Source: Spizellomyces punctatus DAOM BR117
Lineage: Eukaryota
NCBI GenBank assembly: GCA_000182565.2
Contig: KQ257459.1
Strand: one strand, 5' to 3'
DNA length: 64,000 nucleotides
Position numbers and translations under genes: made by a program. The notes below the pieces were generated by a model, which ran no database searches, had not been told where the DNA came from, and saw only the letters and a list, made by a program, of their open reading frames with translations. This document shows, piece by piece, positions 23,801-37,113 of this stretch; the stretch's first letter is position 1; every line of letters starts with the position of its first letter.

Positions 23801-26800
23801 GACTACATCCGCATCTACCGGTGGTGTTTTTGTGCCCCAGATGGGAGATTGGACGGCAAAGAAATCTGGTGAACAGAAAGCGGAGTCTTCAGCCAAAAAT
23901 GTTTCTAAACAAGTGCATTTTGCGACTCCACCTCAATCGACGGCCGTCTCAAAAACAGTGGAATTGCTCGACAGTGATAAGATAGAGGTTTGTAGGAGAA
24001 TCATATTGTGGACTCCTTCAACGGATAATTGAGCAAATCTCGCTGTAGATTGTCCATAAAAAGTTTGAGGATCTATACAAATCCTTCTCCGCGGAAATGG
24101 AAACTGTAAGTCTCCATGCCTGAGACATGACCGCGAGCAACCTAGTTAACCACTCTTGTAGTTTCGAAAAGCCCTTCAATCCAGCGGACAAGCTGTTAAA
24201 ACGGCTTCGCAGAGCGCACCAGACGTGGATTTGAGCGATCCAGCAAATTGGACTATGGCGGATCTTCCCACGCTTTTGACTGACACCCATACGATAATGA
24301 AGCGGATCGAAGTCCTAAGATCCGAGGTGGAAGCTGCACACAAGAAGGAAACGACCCTTGCCGATGGCATTCCTTATGGTATGGGTCATTCATGATTTCT
24401 CCTGCACGATTTTCGTATATCCTCATGTTCCCTGACAGACGAGGCCCTCGCAAACGAGTGTCAAAGGTTGATTGATATGTTTAATGAGCAAGGCGGTCCG
24501 GACGTTATTCATGATGCGCCGCTGGGACTGGAGGATCAGGAATTGAAGGAAAAGCTTTGGAATCGGAAAAGGGTATGTACGAGGTGTTATGTATCCCCTT
24601 CGAAGGTTTTCACTGATAACGTTCCCCAGGCGGTGGACAGGACTTTGCAGCAGATTACAAATCGGTTGGAGAGATTGAAGATTAAAGATAAACGCCAGGC
24701 TTCCACGCAGGAGATAAAGTGAGTGTCGCCTGAATCGTGAGCAGCGATCCGAAGACTTTTGCTTGATGTCGGTTCTAATGAATTTGCAGGGGTTATGACT
24801 GGGCAACCATTTGCCAGACCACACACCGCGTCACCGAATCGACCATTTCAACAGCGCACGTATTGGAGCATCTAGAACAATCACTCGCACCACTCATGTC
24901 AAAACTCGCTCTGACACCCGCACGCAAGTCCATACCAAAACCTGTCACTCCACGCAAAGGCCGCGCGTTCGGACTGTATGACTCTGACTCGGACAGCGAA
25001 GAAAACGAGAAGGAAATCATCGTCCACGTTCCTGCTACCGTTTTTCGTAGGACGCGTTTCCATAGAATATTCAAAGATGTGCTACAATCATCTACCTCCC
25101 AACTTCATATCAACCGTCGAGCCTTCCATGATGAAAAAGAACGCCGCATGAAGGATCCGGAGGCCGTCGAGAAAGCACGTGCAGCCATGGTATCCCCGCC
25201 AAAGGAGAACGAGCCGACGGCCCCGCCACAAAAGTTTTGGGATATCATTCAGAAAATTAATATGGAGATGGACTTTAAGGAGGAAGAATCAGCATCTCCA
25301 GAGGTGGAAGAACCGGACGAAAAAGGAACTGTTTCTTTGAAGTTGGAAGAGGCTGAGGATGAAGAGTCAGTCGATGTTGCAGAGGAAGTCGAAGATGTAG
25401 ACCAATCGCCCGTCCCTCAAGAGTCGAGCCCGATGTTTGGGCAACCATCAATTGTGAGCAGACCAAAGCCAGAAACAAAGCTAAACCAACCTGCCTCCCT
25501 TTTTTCCATCAAGCCTACCACTGCTGGACCTTCCTTTGGGTTCACTTTTCCAGGTGGTAGAGCAAAGGAGCAGACCCCTTCAGATACAGCGGAATCCTCA
25601 GGCGAGAGCCTCGCAGAACCTGCTTTTGCTGTCGAAACTGAGGAGATTGCCAGCGAGGACGACGATGGTGTGTTGCAGGGTGAAGAAAACGAAGAGGATG
25701 CGGCCGCGGACGAAGAAGACCAAAATGTGGGCGACCGACAGCCCAAAGTCAAGGATGAGATACCTCTCTTCAAGTCCTTTTCCATATTAGCAGAACCTCC
25801 AAGACCGAAGGTTGAAGTTGCGGAACCGCAAGTATCAAAACGCGCAAGGGAAGAACCGCTCTCGTCGACACCAGAACCGGAATTGAAGGATCAAAGACTT
25901 TTGTTCGGTGGTCTACAGAAGCCCGTCGTGCCCGTAACGAAAGCTGCATTTCCAAGTCCTGTGCTGGACCAAACTGAGGCGAATATCGGCTCGACAAAGC
26001 CGCACCAGTCCCTGTTTGGATCTGCAAAAACGACATTTGCGCCCGTAACTGAGCCTGTGGAAGAAACACCTACACCTGCTCCGGCTGAAGCGCACGAACG
26101 GCGAGCCGTGACACCAAATCCCGAAGGACAGGAAAAGAAACCTTTATTTGGGTTCCTAAATGCACCTGGAACTGGACTTGAATCTGCTGGACAAAATCCG
26201 GCAACGGAGCGCGGAGAACAAGCAGAAGATCAAGGGAATGAATCTCAATTGCAGCCGGAGGATCAGACTGAGATAGAAGAAGCTGCTGAACAAGTGGGTG
26301 AAGAAGAACCGAAGGCAGCCGTCACCGAGGCGGAGGTACTCGATCAACAGCAGGAACAAGTGGTCGATACGGAGCAGTCTACAGAAGAGCAGCCTACAGA
26401 AGGGCCTGCAAAAGAACCTACAGAAGTGCCTGTAGAGGAAACACCACAGGAACCTCCTTCAAAACAGCCCACAGAGGAGGCAATCGATAAAGTTGCAAAG
26501 AGCGGTGCAGCTGAACCAGCAATCAAAGTATCCACAGAAGTGCCAGCGGCCACTGCCAGCCCACAGACGAGTCAGGCTGAACCAGCAGCAGACACAGGAA
26601 CCCCTGCGGAAGAAGATGGCATGGAAGTTGAAGATGGTCAGTTGGCTGATGCCTTTGGGTCTGGGTTTGGGTCTTTGGGCGGAGCTGCCAGTGAGAAAGG
26701 TGACCAAAGGAAATCCTATATTGCATTAGGAGTTTTTGATATTAATATGATGTATCTTAGCAGCCAGTGGGTTCGGTGCATTCGGCGGACTCGGACAGTC

Positions 26801-27992
26801 GACCACTTCTCAGAAGGCTACTACGGCCAGCTCGTTCGGAGCGGGGACAGCCGGTCAAACGGGTGCATTTGGAGGAGGTTTCGGAACTGCCACAACCGCC
26901 GCACCTGCGTTCGGAACAGGAACAACCAGTCAACCTAGCGCATTTGGAGGAGGGTTCGGAACTGCTACAACTGCAGCACCCGCTTTTGGAACAGGAGCAG
27001 CCAGTCAACCCACTGCATTTGGCTCGACTGCGACCACGACGCCTAGCGCTTTCGGAGGGGGAGGCTTTGGAGTTGTCACAACAACAGCGCCGAGTGCTTT
27101 CGGAGCAGGCAGCGCAACGACGTCTGCTCCGTTCGGAACAGGGTCTGGAACAGGTGCTTTCGGAGCCAATACAACATCCACCGGCGGCTTTGGAACCGGA
27201 GCTTTCGGCTCATCGCAAGGATTTGGACAAACCTCTGCATGGGGAACAGCGAATAGTACGGCTGCTCCCGCTTTTGGGCAAAGTACGACTACAAGTAATA
27301 AGCCTGATGAGAGTGCCAGAGCAGCGTTTGGTGGCTACTTTCACGGAATCGGACAGAGGTCTGATTTTGGCGAGATTACTCGGAATCAGTCAGCCATGTT
27401 GGCCAGCTTACAGCAACAATCAGGGTAAGTTTTTCCAAGTGTTCTTTTTTCGGCATTGTTGAAAGTTTCACTGACTTTTTGTTTTTTGGAAAAGGAGTGG
27501 ATTTTCTTCTTATGCGAGTCGGCCGTCTGGGTTTGCTGCTTTTGCTCAGCAACCCCAACAACAACAGTCTGGTTTCGGGCAGCCAAGGTAGGCAATTCGT
27601 TTGCATTTATATTGATGATGGACACGCTGTTGACATTATTTTCTTTTGCAGTTCTGGCTTTGGTGGTGGCTTTACACAGGCAGCCCCAACTGATGAGGCC
27701 GCGTCCATATTTGGATCACAACCTTCCTCTGGTGGATTTGGATCAGGCGGTGGACCACCTGCTTTTGGACAAGCACCTCAGACAAATGAAGCGGCCGCCT
27801 TGTTTGGTGGAGGGCAGCCTCAGCAGCCTGCTAGTGGGTTTGGAAGCTTTGGGCAGCAAACACAAGAGGCCGCGTCATTATTTGGTTCGGCGCCGTCTGG
27901 TGGTGGGTTTGGAAGGTATGTTACTGTTCAGTGCATAGTTTTCAGCCGTCTCTATGCTGACATTCCTTGGTCTACAAAGCTTTGGCAGATAA
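20848..27992 (+). CDS. NUP159: Nup159/Nup214-like FG nucleoporin (multi-exon)
   Basis: N-terminal beta-propeller-like exons ending PILLVYTNAGELAAY, degenerate GFGFPSAS repeats (about 23100-23630), a coiled-coil region, an acidic linker, and C-terminal AFG/GFG repeats ending FGR*. Exon boundaries are approximate. Confidence 0.75.
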
Positions 27993-28198
27993 AAGTTTCA
28001 AACAAGACTAGTTGTTGAAGAGTCAGTGCAAGACATGGGGGAGCTGTGTACATATAATATATTTTACTATTTGGCTCGACGATCATTCGTGATAGCACCC
28101 ATCCCCGCTGCGCCTGGTTGCTGTAAACTTGGCAGTTCCGGTCATCTCATCCTTGATTCCATTACCGCTACACACTTGAGCACCTATCCTTGTCGTGT

Positions 28199-28876
28199 TT
28201 ACGCCGGCAGCCTCTTACTGTGCGTTATGCGGAACCTTCGCTGTTTCTTTAACCAAGAGCGGTAATCCGCCACGGAATTGATCTTTTCTCCGTAATAGTC
28301 TGGCATTCCCGACTGTGATCCGGGAATAGGTACCACCGAGGCAATTTCCTTGGGACGGTGTCGTTGAATCCGATGAAAGAATTCGCGATCGCGCAAGTCT
28401 AGCGCTTTGAGGGTTTCTCTGAAGTGGTTGAAACGAGACATTAGACGCAAATCAACCATCGCACCAAAAACACAAAATCAAAAGGTCCATTACCGTTTCT
28501 TTAACAACCTCCACAATTGCCCAGCCCCAACAATCCCCGTAAAACTCGCCAACCCAGCAACAGCCATAGCCCCCAAAACATAAACCAACGTCGGATCCTG
28601 CATCCCCAAAATCTGCTGTGTAGGATCAAATTCCGCTACAGTACCAAAGTAATAAGCGCCACCCAAGAACCCGCCCGTCCCTCCTGTTATCGCTCCAGCG
28701 CGTTCCCAGTTTTTGCGGGACTTGCGGAGGGAAAAGTATTCTCGCCAGGGTATTGTTGGTTGTGCATGTGTTGGGTTTGATGATGATGATGCGAGGCGGG
28801 TTGTGTGGGGGTTCATGCGGAGGATGGTTGTACGGTGGATGGTAGATAGATGGTATGTTGAGCGTAGGCCGAGCAT
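28199..28876 (-). CDS. PAM17: Mitochondrial import motor subunit Pam17 (2 exons)
   Basis: Arg-rich presequence, WREYFSLRK, two hydrophobic helices, EFFHRI and PDYYGEKINSVADYRSWLKKQR. Confidence 0.88.
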
Positions 28877-29438
28877 GGTGGATCTAATGTAAACGATGAA
28901 AGTTGGTCAAGATGAGAGAGCGAGTTCTCTGAACAAGTTTGAAATTTAACCCGTTGTTGCCATGACTGCGCATTAAAGGCCAATGAGTCATCATCAACTT
29001 GTCCAAAGGCGATTTTGACTTTCAAGGCTTTTCATGTTTAGATTGTCGTTAACCTTCGTTTGGTTTTAGTTGGATTATCAGGAAGTAAGTTGGTTAATCG
29101 CTCTTGCAAACAAGACTAGGTGCAAATCAGAGGACTGTGCGGAAAGATAGCTTTTGGCGAATGACAGCCACGACAACCATGCAGATATGTCGCTCCAATA
29201 AAAAAGTATCGCAAAAAAACAAGAAAGTTCAAGATTCAACATACTCTACCCCAATTCTAATTTCTATTTCGTTATAAACAAAAAATATTCGAGTTTTCCT
29301 TTCACACATAGAATTCAAACGACACCACCACTATTTATCCAGTTCTCAACTACCACCACCAAAGGTTCATAGTATCTACCACACATTTTGTTTGATGAAC
29401 CAGCATCTAGGTAAAAACGCTCTACGAACAACGTTTAT

Positions 29439-31021
29439 CTAAAACAAGGCGACAGATGCCAACACACCGGCAACAACGGTTGCAAGGCCAACACTGACAG
29501 ACTTTGCACTGCTGAAGACGGGAGAGCCAGTTGTCGAAGGCTTCTTGTCATCCTTCTTGCCACCGCTGTTGCTGGGGGTGCCCGTGGGTTCCACATAGAC
29601 GGTGCTGGTGGCACGGATGGGGATTTTCTCATCGTCGCATGGGGATTCGGTGGCCACTGAGCCGGGGGCAGACTTGCCGGGATTGCCGGCGGGAGTTCCA
29701 GTGGTAGATGGCGTTGCGGTTTTGTTGTTGTCACCAGCAGGGGTTGTGACGGTACCGCCGGGAACAGGGACGGTGTTACCGGTGGGTGGGTTTTGGTTTG
29801 CACCAACAGGGCCTGACCTGTAAGGAGCAGCGTTCAAACATTGGCCGATAGGCTGAGGCTTGACTTGAAGGTTGGCACCGGCAGCCTTGATCTCCTTGAG
29901 AATCGTAACACCAACTTCTGACACAAAGGCATTGACGTCGTGCTCAAGGGAGATGAAACCTTTCTGGGGTTTGAACCAAGAGTCTTTGACACTCTTGACG
30001 ATCTTGTCGCGGACGGCCGCTCCAGTGGGACCGGCAGCGTCGTGAGTGTCACGGTCAGGCTCCCGAGTCCACATAATGTTCTGGTCTGCAATTCCGGACA
30101 AGAACAAGCATTAGAATCATGTTTTCATTGCGTTATATACGCATAACGGTCACACAACTTACATCCAAGAGCGGTGGCGATAGCCCGTACACGGTCATCC
30201 ACATCACCGTAAGGAGGGCGGTAGAAAGCAGGGACCTTGCCAACGGCTTCGAAAATAGCGGCTTCCGTGTACTTTAACTCGGCAACAATTTGTTCGTTGG
30301 TGAGAGACGTCAGAGGGTGGTGAGTCCAGGTGTGGATCGCAACCTCGTGACCATCGGCAATGGTGGCCTTGACCTCCTCAGGCAAACCCTTTGTTGGCGC
30401 ACCCTTGAGGAAGAATGTGGCCTTTAGGTTGGCAGCCTTGAGGGCGTCACGGACATCCTTGGAGACCACTAGAGAGGAAAAAGGGACGTGGTCATGTCAG
30501 AAACTGGGGAACCAAATCCCAACAATGAGTGATTCATTTGAACACTTACTGCCACCAGGAGAGTTTTCTTTAGTGGTTGGTCCATCATCGTAGGTAAGAC
30601 CCCACTGGTTGTCACCAGGGCAAGCAACGACATCTCCGGGGCGGGTAGCTAGCGTTGCGGGCCAGTAGGCACGCTTTACGGGGTCATCATTGTACTTTGG
30701 CGCTTCGGGAGTGTTTGGTTGGTAAGTCGAGGGCTTGATGGCGAGAACGTCAGCGGGGACGACAGCCTTGACGTAGGCAATAGCTTCCTGGACGAGAGGA
30801 GCTTTGATGAATTCTTCAGAGATGACCTTGGTATCGTCGTATGGTGGATAGGCTACATGTGTGTGTGGATACCATGTAAGTGACAAAAACCACCCAAAAT
30901 CTTTCTAAAATGTTTTTTGCAACGTACCGGCTGGCACCTGAGGAGGGAAGGATGGAGGCTTTTGAGCATTAGCTCCAAGAAGCGTCACAAGGGCAGTGAT
31001 GGCAGCAAACTTGGCGTGCAT
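29439..31021 (-). CDS. Chitin/polysaccharide deacetylase (CE4), secreted, probably GPI-anchored (multi-exon)
   Basis: Signal peptide MHAKFAAITALV, WGLTYDDGP, ATFF, HTWTHHPL, YRPPYGD, ISLEHD, a Ser/Thr/Pro tail and a hydrophobic C-terminus. Confidence 0.92.
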
Positions 31022-32746
31022 GGCAGGTTTGTCTAATGTGAACGGGATATGGGGAAAGGAGAATGGGGAAGGATGCGGCAAAGGAAGTCCTCGAGGAGGG
31101 CGAACTTTGTGTCCTTTTTATTATAAAATCGGGGTGCTGACGGGGGGAGGGGGGGGGCGAGGGAGGCCGCTAGCCAAAGTTGGGTTGCCAACAAACTCAA
31201 AACAAGCTTTCCTTTTGGCACACTAAAAGTGTGAAGTGTGACGGAAAAAACGCGCGACTAAGCTCTTGTTCAAAACCACTTGGAAGTGTGAGATTTAATT
31301 GAAACTGAGTTTAGATGAGGGGGGGAAGAGGGGAATAGAAAAACTCCAAACGGAGAATATGAAGATGTTGTGTAAAAGTGTTCCAAGTTCCAAAAGGTGA
31401 ATGATCACTGTTCACTGTTGAATTTGTTTGCCTTTTCGTTGGGATGACCATCGAATTTAGTTTATTCATCAAAACAGAGACTTTTTTTTTGACATGGTTC
31501 TTGTGTTTGTTGTGCAGATCAGCTCAGCTCACTAGTATTCTGCTAGTAAAAGTGAGAAATTTGGTAAGTCGTAAACACTTTTTGAACAAAATGCGTCCGC
31601 TCTTTTCTTTATTTCCATTTCAGGCAATTTCACTGCTTGCAAGTTCCACTTCTCACTCCGAGAGACTCGGTGCGTGCAAAAAGAAACCAAATGACGAGAC
31701 TTGCATCAAATACTTTTGTTAAGGTTCAAGGCCCAACCTTTCAAAGAATGGCTGTCAGAGACAAGCAACAACTTGGCAGATTCAAGTGTGGCAGTGAGCA
31801 AGGTCCCACAGTAGTGCCGTTAGTTGGTCAAAAACCCTCAGTTTTGAGCAAATTCCACAACGGTCAATCACAAAGGTTTGTTATCCTTTAAGTAGTTCAA
31901 GATCATTGCATTCCATCATGATACAAAAGAGCACTTTATCCAAGTAGTCAAGAACGGCAAGTGTGATTTTGCATCCATGATAAACAAAGAACACTTTATG
32001 AAGAAATCATATGACACCACGTGTTGCTTGAACAAGAAGTCGCTTTCCCCCATTTCTTTTGCCTGCACACTCCATTGCAATTGCTACTATTAACGTTCAC
32101 GCAACAGAGGGTTCACTTTATAAATTTTCCTATACTCCAAATAAATAGGAAAAGAAAGGCAATGAATTCCTTCAAAGGCACCTTCAATTTCAAAAACTCC
32201 ACACTATGGCAAACCCGCCTAGACGAAAATATAACACTCCGTATAGAACCCTTCGACAAAGCCATAGCCAGACTCTACTTTGTTGAAATGGCCATGCAGA
32301 GATTGCCATTCCCCACGGTTTTGCTGTCCATAATCTGACGTTGAATAGTCCCGAGCAGCCGTTCACTGGCACCTCCCAGTGTTTTGTTCTTTGCTGGTCG
32401 GATAACTATAGACTAACCTATAACGGAGTGGAGGTTTTGTTGCTTGAGAGTCAGAGGCAGTGGTCGGTTCGTGGGCATCCAACAAGGTACGTGGTTGAAA
32501 ATGGTGGTGTGATTAGAACTTTGGATTCGTTATTGATTTGGTTATCCCCTGCAGACAAGTAGAGAATATGGAACTCCTGTAATGATGCTAATTGAATGTT
32601 TGGATAAACCCATCTACGTGCCTGTTCGGCCATCTCTGAAGAACCCAGCAGTGTCCAAAAGCTATGACTTTCGAGCACAAGCTGCGATCCGTTCACAAGG
32701 GTTGCCAAAAGTTGAAAAATGAAAAATAATGCAGCACATACGAAAG

Positions 32747-32820
32747 CGACCACGACGGGACTCGAACCCGCAACCTTTGGATCCGAAGTCCAATACGCTA
32801 GTCCATTGCGCCACGCGGCC
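32747..32820 (-). tRNA. tRNA-Arg (anticodon TCG), identical second copy
   Basis: Exact reverse complement of 12278-12351. Confidence 0.95.
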
Positions 32821-34445
32821 GTATTCTAAACCATAGTGGTCAGTTTTTGATATAGGCTCGTTCAAATTCTGGACGGCTTGGGTGCGGTCACCGTTTGTTG
32901 CCTTCCGTCATAGTTACAGTTGTGTTTGCGTAGTATAGGGGCCATTTTGACGAATGGGTTATCCCGTACAGCAACTATTCACGCCATTTTCTAGGGCAAA
33001 TAACCAAGTGGGGCTGTATAGCATCCGCTCGGCCATACAGTGGATATATCATTCCGTTATATTTATTTCCAGGAAATATTGGGGATGTCATGAATTTAGG
33101 GTCGGGGACAGCGCATTGAAAGGTAGCGTCTTTGATTGTTCACTGATTTGTTTCATTCGCAATTGAGTTTCGATTGGGCTCGAGTAGTACCTTGGGGGGA
33201 GAGTGTCGGAATAATCATATATGCCCAAAAGGTTTTTAACATCCTAGAGATGTGACCATGAACATCTTTTGTAGTCGTCGCATTGCCCCAATACTTTGAT
33301 CCATACGATCAAAACACCTTACGGTTCATGCATTTAGAACGAGCTTGACAGGGATCTATCAGCATTGCGTGGAAGAATAGCCCCACATGTCCTTTAACAA
33401 TAGCCTCTCAAGACGATAATTCCATCCATGAACAAACAGTGCGGACCAAACACTCTTCCTATCTTCCCTACCAGGAACATTCGTGAAAAAAAGTGAATCA
33501 AAAGCGGGCGTCCTAAAAGATTCGAGTCGTATAGATGGGACATGCATTGTTTACAGTCGTATTTCTTTCCAAAAGATTTGTACTCTACTGAAGTTCAAAG
33601 TGGCTAGATACGTCTTGGTTTTTCTCTCATGCATAGAATGTGCAATACGCAATGTTCCATCACATTTAATATTTGCATGGGCTGCGTTAAACACCGGGGA
33701 GAGTTTACACACGATACCAAAAGTTCATCACCCAAGACGCATATCCACTATTCCATCCCTCCGTGAGAATTAACCAAAGAGTTTGTGCCCACTGCAGGGG
33801 TCTTTCTATCCTTGAGAGTGCCGAGTTGCGCTATCAGGCTGGGCAAATGTTTCTCTCCACAAGTATGGAAAGTTCATCCTCGTCAGTTCCTTTTGCGTTG
33901 CTTTTGTGGAGAGAGTATAAGGGATACAGACCGTACGTTTTTTTTCGCACAACATGTAATGAAATGGGCATTTAAAAACCGAGTCGATTCCTACCACCCC
34001 ATGCAAATAATTCAATAATGGATTCAACGACAAGGAAAGAATTTACAACTCTGGAAAGAATTTACAACTCTGAGACTCATCGAGCAGAACCGATGGTGGT
34101 GGGCCGTGTTTGGATTAGTATTGGTCCAAATGGTACGTAAAATGAACATTCACGATTTTTTGTTAAAGTGATAACTTTCCGTTTTCTTTCATAGGTATGC
34201 GCAGGTGCTCAAGTGGGTCTTGTCGCCATACACGCCCAATACAGTCCCTCACACATCTGGTAAGATCCAAGTACCGCAAACAGAACACAAGAAAAATAAA
34301 ACGAGAGTTTTACTAAACAAAACACTTCCACAGCACACTCTATATAACAAATTACCACCCCACACCGACTTTCTACGTCTTTTCCGTACATTCCTCTGCA
34401 TGTCTCGCCACAATCTGTTTATCCACCACAACATTCATAGTCCTC

Positions 34446-34799
34446 GTGGCACATCTTATCGCCAGGGGCTTGCACACGAAATACTCAAACAACGCAACAA
34501 CGTATGCAATAAGGGCAACAGCACTCATCGCACCGGTCCTCTTACTCGTAGCAACAGTGGAGATCTGGAAGGGGATTCAAGCGACTTGTACAGAATTTAG
34601 GTTGCGGGATGTATCTTGTCAAGAGGTTTTTGCGGATGGGTTTTATGTGAATGGGGATTTGACGAGGGTTTATTATGTCCGTTTACGGGGGATTTATGGT
34701 GGAGTTTGGGTTGGGGTTGTTGGGAGTTTGGTTGGGGTTGGGTTGGTTGGGATGGTTGGGTATGAGGGGTGGGTTGGGAGGAGGGTGAGGTGGTGGTGA
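34446..34799 (+). CDS. Last exon of a hypothetical small membrane protein (5' exons unclear, perhaps from about 34090)
   Basis: Open frame with two hydrophobic segments (ALIAPVLLLVA; GVWVGVVGSLVGVGLVGMV). Intron-like GTACGT..TAG lies upstream at about 34133-34193. No family recognised. Confidence 0.35.
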   Translation: MAHLIARGLHTKYSNNATTYAIRATALIAPVLLLVATVEIWKGIQATCTEFRLRDVSCQEVFADGFYVNGDLTRVYYVRLRGIYGGVWVGVVGSLVGVGLVGMVGYEGWVGRRVRWW

Positions 34800-34887
34800 A
34801 ACGTCTGCAAGTCGTTTAGGGGGCAACTATAGTTTCTTTCATGTTGTATACGATAAAAACAATAGCAGTTCAGTACGACTCGTATGC

Positions 34888-35796
34888 TCATGCAACGCCC
34901 AATTCACGATCTTTCCGCAAGAAGCCATCAACATTCCCAAACAACCCCGCCAAAACTCTGGCACTCTGCCCACCACCGACACACAAATCCGGTCTCCCCC
35001 GTTCCAACCCCATTTCATAAGCCTCCAAACACCCACACACATTCCGCAACGGTACACCCGCGATACGCACAACACCCTGTAAAACCGTCTCATCCTCCCG
35101 TAATAGGTCCGAATCGGAATGCAACATACGAGCAAGTCCAACGATATTCGTCGCAAGGTGTTTGGTTTTCAAATGCGTAGGATGAACGAACCGGTATGGT
35201 TTTGATATATATCGAAATCGTTTATCCAGGTTTTTATGTGTGGGTTTAAGTGATAACCCAATTCTCGGTGTTTCAATCACGAATTCCAATGGATGCACAT
35301 CACGGACAAGACATTTCAATGCACACCTCTCAGCATGCAGTCCATCCAACCCACCCACCAACTCACTCACACTCGCAATTTTTCCTATACAAGCCACCAT
35401 GATCGCTTCAACACATTTACAAGGTCCATTCACAACTTGATTTGTTTCCATATTCTTTATAGCGCGAATGAGGATCCCACCATGGAATCCATCTCCAAAG
35501 ACAAGGTCAAGGCCCTTCCAGGATCCACCGCGGTAGGATCCGCCTTGTTGGTGAAAGTACCATGTGGAGGGTACAGTCTGTGTCGGATGGGCATGCGTGA
35601 AGGGGTCAGTGTGATGTGTATCGTTCAGGTAGAATTCTATTTCGAGGATTTGGAAAAATGTTGTGTGGGCTTGCAGGGTTGTGTGATGGAGGAGGGTGGA
35701 TGCTATGCGTCGGAAATGGGTGAGGTACCATGTGTGGGGGGAGGTGGTTGGGGGTGGAGATGGGATATGGAGAATCGAGTCAAGTGGTATCGGCAT
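34888..35796 (-). CDS. Intronless protein resembling the methylpurine-DNA glycosylase (MPG/AAG) fold
   Basis: 302 aa. The motif order ILEIEFY..DPFTH..WYFH..KGLDL..GGILIRAI..GPCKCV..TPRIGL..PYRF parallels MPG's IVETEAY..DxASH..VLIRA..GPGKL..PRIGI..WRF. Confidence 0.65.
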   Translation of the reverse strand: MPIPLDSILHIPSPPPTTSPHTWYLTHFRRIASTLLHHTTLQAHTTFFQILEIEFYLNDTHHTDPFTHAHPTQTVPSTWYFHQQGGSYRGGSWKGLDLVFGDGFHGGILIRAIKNMETNQVVNGPCKCVEAIMVACIGKIASVSELVGGLDGLHAERCALKCLVRDVHPLEFVIETPRIGLSLKPTHKNLDKRFRYISKPYRFVHPTHLKTKHLATNIVGLARMLHSDSDLLREDETVLQGVVRIAGVPLRNVCGCLEAYEMGLERGRPDLCVGGGQSARVLAGLFGNVDGFLRKDRELGVA

Positions 35797-36114
35797 TGAA
35801 ATTGCCCAATCTCTTTTGGAATGTCAATGCTTGCAGTTGGGGAATTTTAGAACAGTGGCAAAGCCACGCATCTTGTCCGATTCCTTCGGATAGAGGTGGC
35901 TTACCAATAAAGGAATGTCCAGATGGGAGACGATTTAGAACACTTTTATTCCAGATTTGCATCTTGGGCTCTTTTCCAGTACGGCTGCTCCAGAAGCAAT
36001 GTTGAGTTCAAGACAGCCGGATAGCTGTCCGTATTATTAGCAGGAAGCGACAGCAGTACGTTCTCCATTCGACCATAACCCCATCATTCTCATTACCGTA
36101 CCCTCCTCGTTCCA

Positions 36115-36440
36115 CGTACCTCTGTACATCAACCACCTCAACAACTTGGTCACCAAACAACCCAAAATGGACGAGTCGATCAACAGAATCACCATCAGAC
36201 AACATTGGGATAATTGTCAACCCGAATCTCTCCTTTGCACACAAACCCCGTCGTGAAAACCCCTGCAATAGATGGCCTCGACTCGTACTCTGCATCAACC
36301 ACCTCAACCTTTTGATCACCCAACAACCCAAAATGGGCGAGTCGATCAACAGAATTCACCATCAGACAACATTGGGTTGATTGTCCATCAACCCGAATCT
36401 TTCATTTTGCACAAATCGTTCCTAAAAACTCTGCAATGGA
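36115..36440. repeat. Diverged tandem duplication, two units of about 170 bp
   Basis: CATCAACCACCTCAAC..CAACCCAAAATGG(A/G)CGAGTCGATCAACAGAAT..CACCATCAGACAACATTGGG..TCAACCCGAATCT occurs at about 36127 and about 36293. Confidence 0.85.
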
Positions 36441-37113
36441 ACAAACTTGTTTATTCGATACCCCACGAACCTCCCACTGAAGAAAATCCCCATGAAAATA
36501 ATTCGTTTTGAAAGAAATTGTGCCTTTTCTTTGTAGTAAAAATCATGGTATGTTCGAAACAAAATTCATATTGGACATTTTCTCGCTCCGCTTGCTCAGC
36601 AATCAGTGTGAACACAGATCAGCAGAACATGATTTTATTTTTTCTAAAGACATGGATGAGAAACAGCATGCACAATTCCCTCAATCCAATAACAAGAACA
36701 AAAAAAAAAAAGATCAAGTCAATCACACTCAAAATCACACTCCACGTTGAATGAACATAGCGACCGGAGCCGATATCACCGCGTGGCGGTTTGTTGACAG
36801 GGTGTGTTCGCGGTGTATTTACATGGCTGCGGTCTATTTGGCATGTGTTTTGCGCAGTAGCGGCTTATTTGGATATGAGTGCGGAGGGTTCAGCCCTCCG
36901 TCCCTTTTAGAATCATAAGGTGTTTGTATGTAGGCGCTGCACCCTCCTGGCTGGATGTGTTTGTACTAAGCACACCAGGCGGGGTGTAGAGTGTGCCAAA
37001 ATGGAGGAAGAGGGCTTTTGGGGTTTGATAACCCGACTTGTCCAAACAAAAACGAGTTGAAAATCGGTCTAAACCTTATACGTTTGTATTCAAAAGTTGG
37101 CGATCCCCAATAA

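Noticed and set aside
22907-23896. 329-aa antisense ORF (and similar antisense ORFs over the ABC, MFS and Hsp70 genes)
   Set aside because: Shadow frames of real genes on the opposite strand, with no independent motifs.
34034-34071. Perfect 19-bp tandem duplication GGAAAGAATTTACAACTCT (similar short duplications near 9765-9798, 40214-40254 and 63951-63979)
   Set aside because: Ordinary slippage-type duplications with no associated structure.
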